The notes under the pieces were generated by a model. That model saw only the letters and a list, made by a program, of their open reading frames with translations. It had not been told where the DNA came from and searched no databases. A program made the position numbers and the translations under genes. Positions 56,215 through 64,000 of a stretch of DNA of 64,000 bases are shown here, piece by piece (the stretch's first letter is position 1; every line of letters begins with the position of its first letter). The stretch is from a virus (Duplodnaviria > Heunggongvirae > Uroviricota > Caudoviricetes), in the IMG/VR virus record IMGVR_UViG_3300010355_000975. The stretch is one strand, 5' to 3'.

Positions 56215-56328
56215 TACCATTACAAAAAATGATTTAAAAGATATAGATATTTTACTTATTCCCGGAAGTTGTCACTATAAGCATTTAAATGATTTAGGAA
56301 TAATTAAATTTGCTAAACAACAGAATAT
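56081..56328 (+). repeat. tandem direct duplication (130-bp copy + 118-bp copy) at the GT2/GT4 gene junction
   Basis: 56081-56210 matches 56211-56328 except for a 12-bp indel (ggcgattcaatt) and a few mismatches. Confidence 0.85.
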
Positions 56329-58285
56329 TAAAATAGTTGTTCAATATAATTCAGAAATTGAATTAGATTTGCCAAATTATATAACCAACTGTGATTTAGC
56401 AGTAGCTAGTTCGCCAGATATTTATGCTAGATTAAATGGCGATCAAAAAAATTTACAATTCATTCCCCATTTTATTGATACTCATTATTGGGAAGATACA
56501 TCAGATACTAATACATTTAAAATAGGATGGGTTGGAAACCCCGAATGTAAAGTCAAAAACTTTGATCTTTTAAAAGAATTAAATTTTCCTGTTCAAATCC
56601 AAAGTAATTATGGAAAAAAATTTTTTAAAGTAAATCGTACATTACAAGAAATGAAGGACTTTTATAAAGAGATAGGAATACTTTTAATTTTAAGTGAATC
56701 AGAAGGTACTCCAATGCCTCTCTTGGAAAGTGCGGCATCTGGTAAAGTTGTTATTTCCACCAATACAGGATTAGCTACTGAATTATTATCTCCTGAATTT
56801 ATTATTGATAAACAAAAAAATATTGTTGAACAAGTTAATAGTATTTTAGAAGATTTAAAAAATAATCCTGAAAAAATAATTACTATTGGCAAAGAAAATA
56901 GAAAAAAAGTTGTTCAAAAAAACGATTGGTTTACAAATGTTTTATGGCTTGATAATGTCTATACTCAATTATTCAATAAATCTACTAAAAAAATTAAAGT
57001 TGTCCAATTAGCAAGAGTTCCTTGTGCTAATTCAGGTTATTATTTAAGTCAATTATTAAACGAATATTCTACTGAATTTGAATCTCGTTATATTCTTGGT
57101 TCAGATTATTCTGGTAAACGCCCTGATATTGTACCATTTAGAAAATTTCCAACTGATTTATCTTGGCAAACTCAAAAAGAAGAATGTATTAAAGTGATTC
57201 AAGAAGCAGATATTGTTCATATCCATCATGGATTTTGGGGAGATACAAAAGAAATTCAAGATTTACTAAAAGACAAAAAGGTTATTACAACTATTTATGA
57301 TTTATCTTTAGAAAATAATACGGGATATTATAATAGAAAAAATCAAATTTCAACCTTACTTACTGTTGCAGATCAGCCAGCCCAAAAGCGAGTTTTTTCA
57401 AAATGGTCAACTACTTATGTACCATTAGTTAATTGTTTATTTAATGAAACCATTATAAAAAATAATCCAGAACCAGTAATTGTTTATGCTCCAACAAATA
57501 GATACCCTATCACTAATTCAAGCTCTAAAGGATATAATGAAGTATTAAAAATTATTAATAATTTAAAAAAACAAGGATTAAAATTTACTTTTGATTTAAT
57601 TGAAGGCGTTCCACACGAAGAAGATTTGAATAGAAAAAGAAAAGCGGATATTATTATTGATGATGTAATCAACAATACTTTTCATAACACGTCGATTTAC
57701 GGGGCTTGCTTTGGAGCAATTGCTATTACAGGACATTCTAGCAAAGAATACCCTTTTATTTATGCTAATTTAAATACTTTAGAAGAAACATTAAAATACT
57801 ATATTACTAATCCAGAAATTCTTAAAAAAGAACAAGAAAAATTAACACAATGGAGAACAACAATTTATACTCCACAAAATCTTTTAGCATCTTATGAAAA
57901 TTTATATCATAATACTTTAACACTCACAAAGAAAACAGAAATTGTTCAGCCATTAATGAATGCACAAGAAGTGTTGCTTGATTTAATAAAGATTTGCCAA
58001 AAGAATAATTGCCCCATTTGTTTATTACAGAAAACTTGTTATGAAATTGTTAATTGCCAAAAAATAATTACTAATAAATTATGGATTGGAATTAATTTAA
58101 CTGATAAGATTAAACAAGTGCTACTGAATAATAAATACCAATGCTTAAATGATTTATGGATTAAAGATAAAATTTCGATTCATTTTTTGCCTTATCCAAA
58201 TAAAACAAAAAAATGGCCTATTCGGGGATTAGTGACAAACGTTCCTTACCCAGTGGTAGGATATTTAAAACAAAGATGGCATTAA
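56192..58285 (+). CDS. family 4 (GT-B) glycosyltransferase, no ATG at its 5' end
   Basis: 'ESEGTPMPLLESAASGKVVISTNTG' (GT4 E-x7-E region). The ORF begins inside duplicated sequence, and its first in-frame ATG is ~150 codons in. Confidence 0.55.
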   Translation: MLNNRKFNTITKNDLKDIDILLIPGSCHYKHLNDLGIIKFAKQQNIKIVVQYNSEIELDLPNYITNCDLAVASSPDIYARLNGDQKNLQFIPHFIDTHYWEDTSDTNTFKIGWVGNPECKVKNFDLLKELNFPVQIQSNYGKKFFKVNRTLQEMKDFYKEIGILLILSESEGTPMPLLESAASGKVVISTNTGLATELLSPEFIIDKQKNIVEQVNSILEDLKNNPEKIITIGKENRKKVVQKNDWFTNVLWLDNVYTQLFNKSTKKIKVVQLARVPCANSGYYLSQLLNEYSTEFESRYILGSDYSGKRPDIVPFRKFPTDLSWQTQKEECIKVIQEADIVHIHHGFWGDTKEIQDLLKDKKVITTIYDLSLENNTGYYNRKNQISTLLTVADQPAQKRVFSKWSTTYVPLVNCLFNETIIKNNPEPVIVYAPTNRYPITNSSSKGYNEVLKIINNLKKQGLKFTFDLIEGVPHEEDLNRKRKADIIIDDVINNTFHNTSIYGACFGAIAITGHSSKEYPFIYANLNTLEETLKYYITNPEILKKEQEKLTQWRTTIYTPQNLLASYENLYHNTLTLTKKTEIVQPLMNAQEVLLDLIKICQKNNCPICLLQKTCYEIVNCQKIITNKLWIGINLTDKIKQVLLNNKYQCLNDLWIKDKISIHFLPYPNKTKKWPIRGLVTNVPYPVVGYLKQRWH

Positions 58286-58287
58286 TT

Positions 58288-59016
58288 ATGTGTAAAATTG
58301 GATTTATTATAACTACATTTGAAAGAGATGATTTATTAAAGCATACGGTTAATGCTTTGCGCCAATTTAAATTACCTAATTGGGAAATTATTATAGTTGA
58401 CCAATCCCCTTCTGAAGAAAAAATACATCTGTATTCTGATTGTAATTATACATCCATTCCTCACAATTCTGGTTTATCTTTTGCAAGAAATCAAGGTGTG
58501 AAAATAGCTAATCAAATAGAATGTTCTTATTGTGTTATTATGGCAGATAGTATTTGCCCATTATTTGATTGTATAAAAATTAATGCTTTACTTCCTTCTT
58601 TAGAAACTTATGATTATATTGGATTAAATTTAATTAATCGAAATCAAGAAAGTTATTGGATTGGCAAAATTAATTTAATACCAGAAAAAGGATTTGAATT
58701 AGAAAAAATTATTGTGCCAGAAGATGGACAAATTCATCCAGTTGAAATAATTAAAAATTTTTTTATTGCTAAAACATCAACTCTATTAACTCATCAATGG
58801 GATGAAAAATTATTATTGGCTGAACATGAAGATTATTTTTGGCGAGCGAAATTATTAAATTATAAAATAGGATTTATTAAATTAAATGTGGGCAAATACA
58901 TTGGAAAAGAAATAACCAATTTAGAATACAAAAAACTTCGTAAACAAAATTGGAATCAAAGTTTAAAATTACTTAAACAAAAATACAGTATAAAAGGATG
59001 GGTAATTTATAAATGA
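58288..59016 (+). CDS. family 2 glycosyltransferase
   Basis: 'IGFIITTFERDDLL...IIIVDQSP'. Start could be 58279 instead. Confidence 0.5.
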   Translation: MCKIGFIITTFERDDLLKHTVNALRQFKLPNWEIIIVDQSPSEEKIHLYSDCNYTSIPHNSGLSFARNQGVKIANQIECSYCVIMADSICPLFDCIKINALLPSLETYDYIGLNLINRNQESYWIGKINLIPEKGFELEKIIVPEDGQIHPVEIIKNFFIAKTSTLLTHQWDEKLLLAEHEDYFWRAKLLNYKIGFIKLNVGKYIGKEITNLEYKKLRKQNWNQSLKLLKQKYSIKGWVIYK

Positions 59017-59423
59017 TTTTACATGGTTCAATTATGTTAAATAATGCTGGCAAATTCAATGAATTTGTTAAAGATAACGCTATTGTATTACAAAAATACT
59101 TTGGCGTTTTTTTATTTCCCGGATCAATTAATGTAATGATTAAAGATTTTCCTAATCTACATTCTTTTTTAGATACTAAATTATTACCTGATTTTATTAT
59201 TCCTAAAGAAGAATTAATCAACATGCCTTCTTATTTAGGCAATGGACAAGCATGGAGATGTCAATTAATTAATGAAAAATGGGGTAAAATTGATGCATGG
59301 GTATTTAGACGAATTAATTCTAAAGTAAGAAAAAATAGTTTAGAAATTGTTTCAGATAAAGAACTTAATAAACCTTATAATTTGTCAAATAATGACGAAG
59401 TTCTCATTACTATTGACAAATAA
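59013..59423 (+). CDS. hypothetical protein
   Basis: ORF coupled to the preceding gene. Confidence 0.4.
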   Translation: MILHGSIMLNNAGKFNEFVKDNAIVLQKYFGVFLFPGSINVMIKDFPNLHSFLDTKLLPDFIIPKEELINMPSYLGNGQAWRCQLINEKWGKIDAWVFRRINSKVRKNSLEIVSDKELNKPYNLSNNDEVLITIDK

Positions 59424-59442
59424 CTATACAATGTGTTATACT
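59413..59442 (+). promoter_or_regulatory. promoter TTGACA-N18-TATACTTTA (family member 6)
   Basis: ttgacaaataactatacaatgtgtTATACTtta. Confidence 0.55.
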
Positions 59443-59624
59443 TTAAATAACAAAGGAGCCAAAATTGAGTGAAATCTTATTGAAACGTCTATGTCGTTTA
59501 ATAGCAATGCATTATGCAATAAATGAAGATTCTTTGTGGGAAACTTATCAATCTATTGGCTCAATTGACAAATTGCTTGAAACAATCCAATCGGCTAATA
59601 GCCCCTATCATGTATAGGATAATT

Positions 59625-59683
59625 AAAGATCGTTGAACCTTGCCCTATTTCTACTTGATTTAGAGGCATTTTTGGAGGGTATA
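59625..59683 (+). repeat. copy C of post-stop-codon element (AAAGATCGTTGAACCTTGCCCTATTTCTACTTGATTTAGAGGCATTTTTGGAGGG)
   Basis: Shares ATTTCT(G/A)CTTGATTTAGAGG(T/C)ATT with copy A. Its 3' end supplies the GGAGGG RBS for the MTase gene. Confidence 0.5.
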
Positions 59684-60232
59684 ATGACCGAAGAACTAAT
59701 TCCATTTCCTGATAAAAAATACCAAATTATTTATGCTGATCCGCCTTGGAGTTATCAAGATAAAGCATTAGCCGGAAACCGAGGCGCAATGTGTAAATAC
59801 CAAACTCAAGAAAAAGAATGGATAGATAATTTGCCTGTTTCAAAAATTGCTGATACTAATTGTGTATTATTCTTATGGGTAACAATGCCAAAACTCAATG
59901 AATGTTGGGATTTAATAAACAAATGGGGATTTAATTATAAAACTGTTGCTTTTACATGGATAAAGAAAAATAAAAAAACAAATTCTTGGTTTTGGGGAAT
60001 GGGAAGCTGGACAAGAGCAAATGCTGAATTATGCTTATTGGCAACTAAAGGACACCCAAAAAGAATAAACGCTGGAATTCATTCAATTATAGACACACCT
60101 ATTGAACAACATAGCAAAAAACCCGATGAAGTCCGAACCAGAATTGTTAAATTAATGGGCGATTTGCCAAGAATCGAATTATTTGCTAGAGAAAAAACTG
60201 AAGGATGGGACGTTTGGGGTAATGAAGTATAA
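59684..60232 (+). CDS. MT-A70-family DNA N6-adenine methyltransferase
   Basis: 'YQIIYADPPWSY', 'VLFLWVT', 'WGFNYKTVAFTWIK', 'WGMGSWTRANAELCLLATKG'. Confidence 0.7.
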   Translation: MTEELIPFPDKKYQIIYADPPWSYQDKALAGNRGAMCKYQTQEKEWIDNLPVSKIADTNCVLFLWVTMPKLNECWDLINKWGFNYKTVAFTWIKKNKKTNSWFWGMGSWTRANAELCLLATKGHPKRINAGIHSIIDTPIEQHSKKPDEVRTRIVKLMGDLPRIELFAREKTEGWDVWGNEV

Positions 60233-60247
60233 AATGGAGGGTATCTA

Positions 60248-60823
60248 ATGGATTATATTCCTTTAATTGGTGACATTATTTTATCTGATGGAACACATTT
60301 TGGAGCCAAATGTGTTAAATTCTTTATGCAATCTCCTACTATATGGCATCAAATCTATTATTTTCTTACTAAAAAATTAGTAAATGTACCATATTATCAT
60401 GTAGCTATGATAATAAATAGTGGTTATAATGTTAATAATCAAAGTATTCTTATTGAACAACAAAAAAGAGTACAGATCAATAATTGGAACCCAAATAAAA
60501 AACAAATTATTTTTAGAAAAAAGCATACGACCTTTGACACAGTTCTTAAATTACAAGAAATAGCACTGAATGATCTTGATAAAAAGTATGATGTTTTAAA
60601 CATTTTTGGTAAATTATTTACTTGGCTGACAGGAATCAAATGGTTTGCAAGATATATTGAATCACCTAATAAAGAGATTTGCGTAAATAGAGTTTGTAAA
60701 TGGTATTTAGATGCTTTAAATGAAAAATTTGGAGCTAAAAAGCATAGTGAAATAACTACTCAATCATTGTATTATTATTTATTGAATAATCCAAATTATG
60801 AAGTTGTTTATAAAAAAGATTAA
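60248..60823 (+). CDS. hypothetical protein
   Basis: RBS AATGGAGGGTATCTAATG. Confidence 0.45.
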   Translation: MDYIPLIGDIILSDGTHFGAKCVKFFMQSPTIWHQIYYFLTKKLVNVPYYHVAMIINSGYNVNNQSILIEQQKRVQINNWNPNKKQIIFRKKHTTFDTVLKLQEIALNDLDKKYDVLNIFGKLFTWLTGIKWFARYIESPNKEICVNRVCKWYLDALNEKFGAKKHSEITTQSLYYYLLNNPNYEVVYKKD

Positions 60824-60838
60824 AATTGGGGGGAAAAA

Positions 60839-62143
60839 ATGTTTCAACGTTCGATAGCAATTCTAGAAGAATTTACTTGGCAAAAACCAGTAATAGATAA
60901 AGATTTAAATACACCGCCTGTTAGTCCCACAAAAGGGGATAGATACATTGTTGGAACAGATCCAACAGGAGATTGGAGCGGACATGCTGGTGATATAACC
61001 CTATACACTAATTCAGGATGGGTATTTATTACGAAACAAGCCGGAATGTATTTATATGTAATAGATGAAGCAAAATTGTATAAATACATATCATCTTGGT
61101 CTGAATTTGTTTCTGCTGATAATTTAGATAATTATGCTACTAAAGCATCATTAGAAACTGCTCAAACCAATATTATGTTAAATGCTTTTCGTTTAGCCAC
61201 TCTCGGTTCATTAACTCTTTTAAACATGGTTGACTCAATTGTAGATGAATTTGAGGATGAAAGTGGTGTAGATACAGATAATTCTATTAATGAAGTATAT
61301 AATTCATCAAATGATTATTATACGCCAGATTATGCCAGTGGTGAAGAAACGAATTTAATAACTTGTGTAAATAATACAAGCACAACGAGCCTCGGAAATA
61401 ATGGCGGAAAGGAATATAGACAAGCACAAAAAATTGTACTTACTGAAGCACGTGCTTTCACAAGTGTTGAAGTACAATTTTCAAAAAAAATTGGTTCTCC
61501 TTCTGGCGATGTTACTTGTAGAATTGAAACAGATAGTAGTGGCCCATCTAATACATTAGCTAACGCAAATGCTACAAAAAATTTGAATCCAACAGATAGT
61601 GCTTGGAATAAATTTACATTCGATACATCTTTTATATTACCGGCAGGAACGTATTGGATTACTTTACGATGTAGTAATCAATCGACTAATAATTATTGGG
61701 TTATTTATTATAGTACACAAGGAACTTATGCCAGTGGAAATGCGTATATTTCAACCAATGGTGGAACAACATGGTCTGATAATTTATATGATATGACTTT
61801 TAAATTAAATGGTTATGTTCCACAAAAAGCCAATATGACCTTACTTTCAAATTCTTTTACAGCAGAAAATCAACCTGATTCAGCACGAATTATTTTATTT
61901 GAAGAGAATGTAGATTCTATTACATTAAATACTGATATAAAAGCATATGTATCAAGAGATGACGGTTCCTCTTGGGAAGAAGCTGTTTTGACCGATGAAG
62001 GATTTATAGATTCAACAAAACATATATTATCCGCTACATTAGATATATCAGAACAATCAGAAGATACTGATATGCGGTGGGAAATAAAAACTTTTAATAA
62101 TAAAGATTTAAAAATACATGGAGTAGGCTTATCTTGGGCCTAA
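60839..62143 (+). CDS. tail-fibre-like structural protein with DUF2793-like N-terminal domain
   Basis: 'W..PVIDKDLNTPPVSPTKGDRYIVG...GDWSGHAGDITLYTNSGWVF' matches the DUF2793 pattern. S/T/N-rich remainder. Confidence 0.4.
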   Translation: MFQRSIAILEEFTWQKPVIDKDLNTPPVSPTKGDRYIVGTDPTGDWSGHAGDITLYTNSGWVFITKQAGMYLYVIDEAKLYKYISSWSEFVSADNLDNYATKASLETAQTNIMLNAFRLATLGSLTLLNMVDSIVDEFEDESGVDTDNSINEVYNSSNDYYTPDYASGEETNLITCVNNTSTTSLGNNGGKEYRQAQKIVLTEARAFTSVEVQFSKKIGSPSGDVTCRIETDSSGPSNTLANANATKNLNPTDSAWNKFTFDTSFILPAGTYWITLRCSNQSTNNYWVIYYSTQGTYASGNAYISTNGGTTWSDNLYDMTFKLNGYVPQKANMTLLSNSFTAENQPDSARIILFEENVDSITLNTDIKAYVSRDDGSSWEEAVLTDEGFIDSTKHILSATLDISEQSEDTDMRWEIKTFNNKDLKIHGVGLSWA

Positions 62144-62285
62144 TTAATTATGATTAAACGAATAAAAAATACGAAAGAACTTGCACGCCAAACAATTAGT
62201 AAAAATCTTAAATGCAAAACGCCTCTTAAAGATTCTGATTACCATAAACTCGTTATTGAAATTGCTAAATACCTAGGATTAATCA

Positions 62286-62579
62286 ATGATTGAAATTACA
62301 CAATTAATTGGATGGATAGGAAATTTTTTATTTTTAATTGGTGCATTATGTATTTGTAAGAAAAATATTTTAGGTTTTTATATACAAGCAATTGCTAATG
62401 GCTTATATATTTGGCAATCAATTATTTTAAACAATACATCATTGTGCTGGCTATCAATTATTCTTGGAATAGTAAATATTTATGGAATTTATAAATGGAA
62501 AGAAAATAAATACTCTATTAATTATGCAGAAATAAAATACGCTAATGCAGTATGCAACCTATATGATGAACCGGTTTAA
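62286..62579 (+). CDS. small membrane protein (PnuC-like N-terminal segment?)
   Basis: 3 TM segments. 'IGWIGNFLFLIGALCICKKNILGFYIQAIANGLYIW' is loosely PnuC-like. Confidence 0.3.
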   Translation: MIEITQLIGWIGNFLFLIGALCICKKNILGFYIQAIANGLYIWQSIILNNTSLCWLSIILGIVNIYGIYKWKENKYSINYAEIKYANAVCNLYDEPV

Positions 62580-62583
62580 ATAC

Positions 62584-63132
62584 TTAGATTAAATCATTTG
62601 GATAAAGGAAAGTAATTAATAGTTTTGCCTCAATCTGATAATTAATTGATTGAATTTGCCCTCCCCAATTATCGCCAATAGTATCTTCATAAATATAAAG
62701 CATTGCATGAAGATTGACCAAAGCATCACCCACTTCATTTTCCAATACTTCAAAATAATACCCTTGATCTAAATATCCGGGTACATAATCTGCATTATAT
62801 CCTTGGTTTCTCCACAATATTTTTACATCAATAAATGGTACATATTCAATAGGAATCAACCCTAATTCAATATTCCATGCCTTATAAGCATTAAATTGAG
62901 TAATTGGCAATGTATTATCTGCAACACTTATCAATTCCCAATCAGTTAATATTTGATTATGAAAACGAAAAAGTGTATTTGTAGGATTCTTTATTTGTTT
63001 TTTTGTAGATGTATTAAAATACTTTTGAACATCTATTTCATTTAATAATCGACGAATATTATTAGAAAGAGTTGCCCCTTTTTTTCTATCCGTAATTTTA
63101 TTACTAATTAAGGTTGTTGTTTTTTTAGTCAT
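62584..63132 (-). CDS. hypothetical protein (possibly virion-associated)
   Basis: ORF converging on the plus-strand block. Confidence 0.45.
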   Translation of the reverse strand: MTKKTTTLISNKITDRKKGATLSNNIRRLLNEIDVQKYFNTSTKKQIKNPTNTLFRFHNQILTDWELISVADNTLPITQFNAYKAWNIELGLIPIEYVPFIDVKILWRNQGYNADYVPGYLDQGYYFEVLENEVGDALVNLHAMLYIYEDTIGDNWGGQIQSINYQIEAKLLITFLYPNDLI

Positions 63133-63970
63133 TTATTTTGACCTGTTCAATTGTATTCATTTCTTGAGGCGATTTTAAAACAATTCTACACCGCCCTTCC
63201 ACAGGAACATCTTCAGATGTATAAACTGATGTATAACGGATTTCCCTATTTTCAGCATTTCTTACATATGATGTACTTACCTTACTATATGTTTCGCTAA
63301 TCCATTGATAGGGGTAGGATACACTTTTTGTTGCCGGAACTGTTAAAGGAATAAACCCTGTTATCACAAATCGATAAACGCCATCGGCAATCTTAATCCA
63401 TTTTTCTGTTCGCTTACCTGATACAAAATAATCTTTATTTATTGCTTGTGATGGAGCTATAGGATGTAATTTAAAAGTCAAAATAGAATATGGCAAAGCA
63501 TCATCTTGATACGAACTAGCTATTGGTAAATTTACAAATTGATAAGTCGATAAAGAAATAGATAAGGTTGTGGCTCTTTTATTACTATAAAAAACCCGAT
63601 ATTTATTATCAAAAATAAGATTCCATGTATCTACCATCGCTGATTCTGTAGAAAAATAAATATCGTGCATGCCTTGGGGTAAGTATATTGCCCCATTTTT
63701 ATATAATGTACCATAAAAAGTTATTGCTGTAACTAAAGCCAACGATGGTGAAGAATCAAAAAGAGGAATATTATTTTTTTGAATATTCTTTGTTACATCA
63801 CTTGATACAATTACCCAATTCTCGCCAACTAATTCTAAATGAACTAATGAATATGTGCCTTGTCCACTAATTAAATTATTACTCAATGAATCTATAGCAA
63901 TTGTTGAAAATTGCTCATAAGTGGCCATTGTTCCATCAACAATCATATTATATTGAGTACTAACAGACAT
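63125..63970 (-). CDS. hypothetical protein, S/T/Y-rich (possibly structural)
   Basis: 281-aa ORF with overlapping stop/start with the downstream gene. Confidence 0.45.
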   Translation of the reverse strand: MSVSTQYNMIVDGTMATYEQFSTIAIDSLSNNLISGQGTYSLVHLELVGENWVIVSSDVTKNIQKNNIPLFDSSPSLALVTAITFYGTLYKNGAIYLPQGMHDIYFSTESAMVDTWNLIFDNKYRVFYSNKRATTLSISLSTYQFVNLPIASSYQDDALPYSILTFKLHPIAPSQAINKDYFVSGKRTEKWIKIADGVYRFVITGFIPLTVPATKSVSYPYQWISETYSKVSTSYVRNAENREIRYTSVYTSEDVPVEGRCRIVLKSPQEMNTIEQVKIND

Positions 63971-64000
63971 TATTTGCCCACTACGAAATTGATAACTATC

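Noticed and set aside
1-64000. Possibility that the window is a bacterial chromosomal segment rather than a phage
   Set aside because: The gene content is characteristic of a large phage or prophage. It includes nrdDG, MazG, PolB, SSB, RecA, RuvC, primase-helicase, a split Rad50 with Mre11, HNH endonucleases and bS21, set in operon-style compact packing.

Overview
This window is a low-GC (about 30%) stretch of a large dsDNA phage or prophage. Strong AGGAGG-type ribosome-binding sites and sigma70-like promoters point to a Firmicutes-like, probably anaerobic, host.

Layout of the window:
- Leftward block (1-8390, minus strand): two paralogous DPPY DNA methyltransferases, at least ten tiny Cys-rich proteins, a secreted SleB-like cell-wall hydrolase and two winged-helix paralogs. 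It ends in a minus-strand rho-independent terminator at about 7581-7609.
- Divergent promoter region at about 8391-8705.
- Rightward block (8706-62579): a dense early region of micro-ORFs, two tandem-repeat proteins (heptapeptide GxGASVG and HEAT-like), a tyrosine integrase, a nucleotide-metabolism module (NrdD, NrdG, MazG, NDT-like, KTSC), a replication/recombination module and a long glycan-decoration cluster.
- Replication/recombination module: flap endonuclease, primase-helicase, RuvC, RecA, SSB, family-B DNA polymerase, two HNH endonucleases, an Mre11 gene sitting between two separately encoded halves of a Rad50 split at its zinc hook, and a DnaQ-like exonuclease.
- Also in the rightward block: ribosomal protein bS21, a tRNA-like gene (anticodon CAU), an MgtC-family protein and a secreted S1 protease.
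- Glycan-decoration cluster (about 48.0-59.4 kb): Maf-like/DUF115, cupin, TagD-like cytidylyltransferase, ParB/Srx-like protein, DUF711/UPF0210, four class-I SAM methyltransferases, LicD, four glycosyltransferases. It is followed by an MT-A70 DNA methyltransferase and tail-fibre-like genes.
- Two converging minus-strand genes close the window.

Non-coding structure:
- A promoter family TTGACA-N18-TATACTTTA occurs six times, with variants.
- A post-stop-codon element beginning AAAGATCGTTGAA occurs four times.
- A 78-bp x9 tandem repeat and a 21-bp x13 tandem repeat sit inside genes.
- A 130-bp tandem duplication splits a glycosyltransferase gene.
- A frameshifted SDR gene sits on a segment bracketed by direct repeats.
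- Several frameshifts coincide with homopolymers and may be sequencing errors.

All product calls are motif-based; I could not run any searches.
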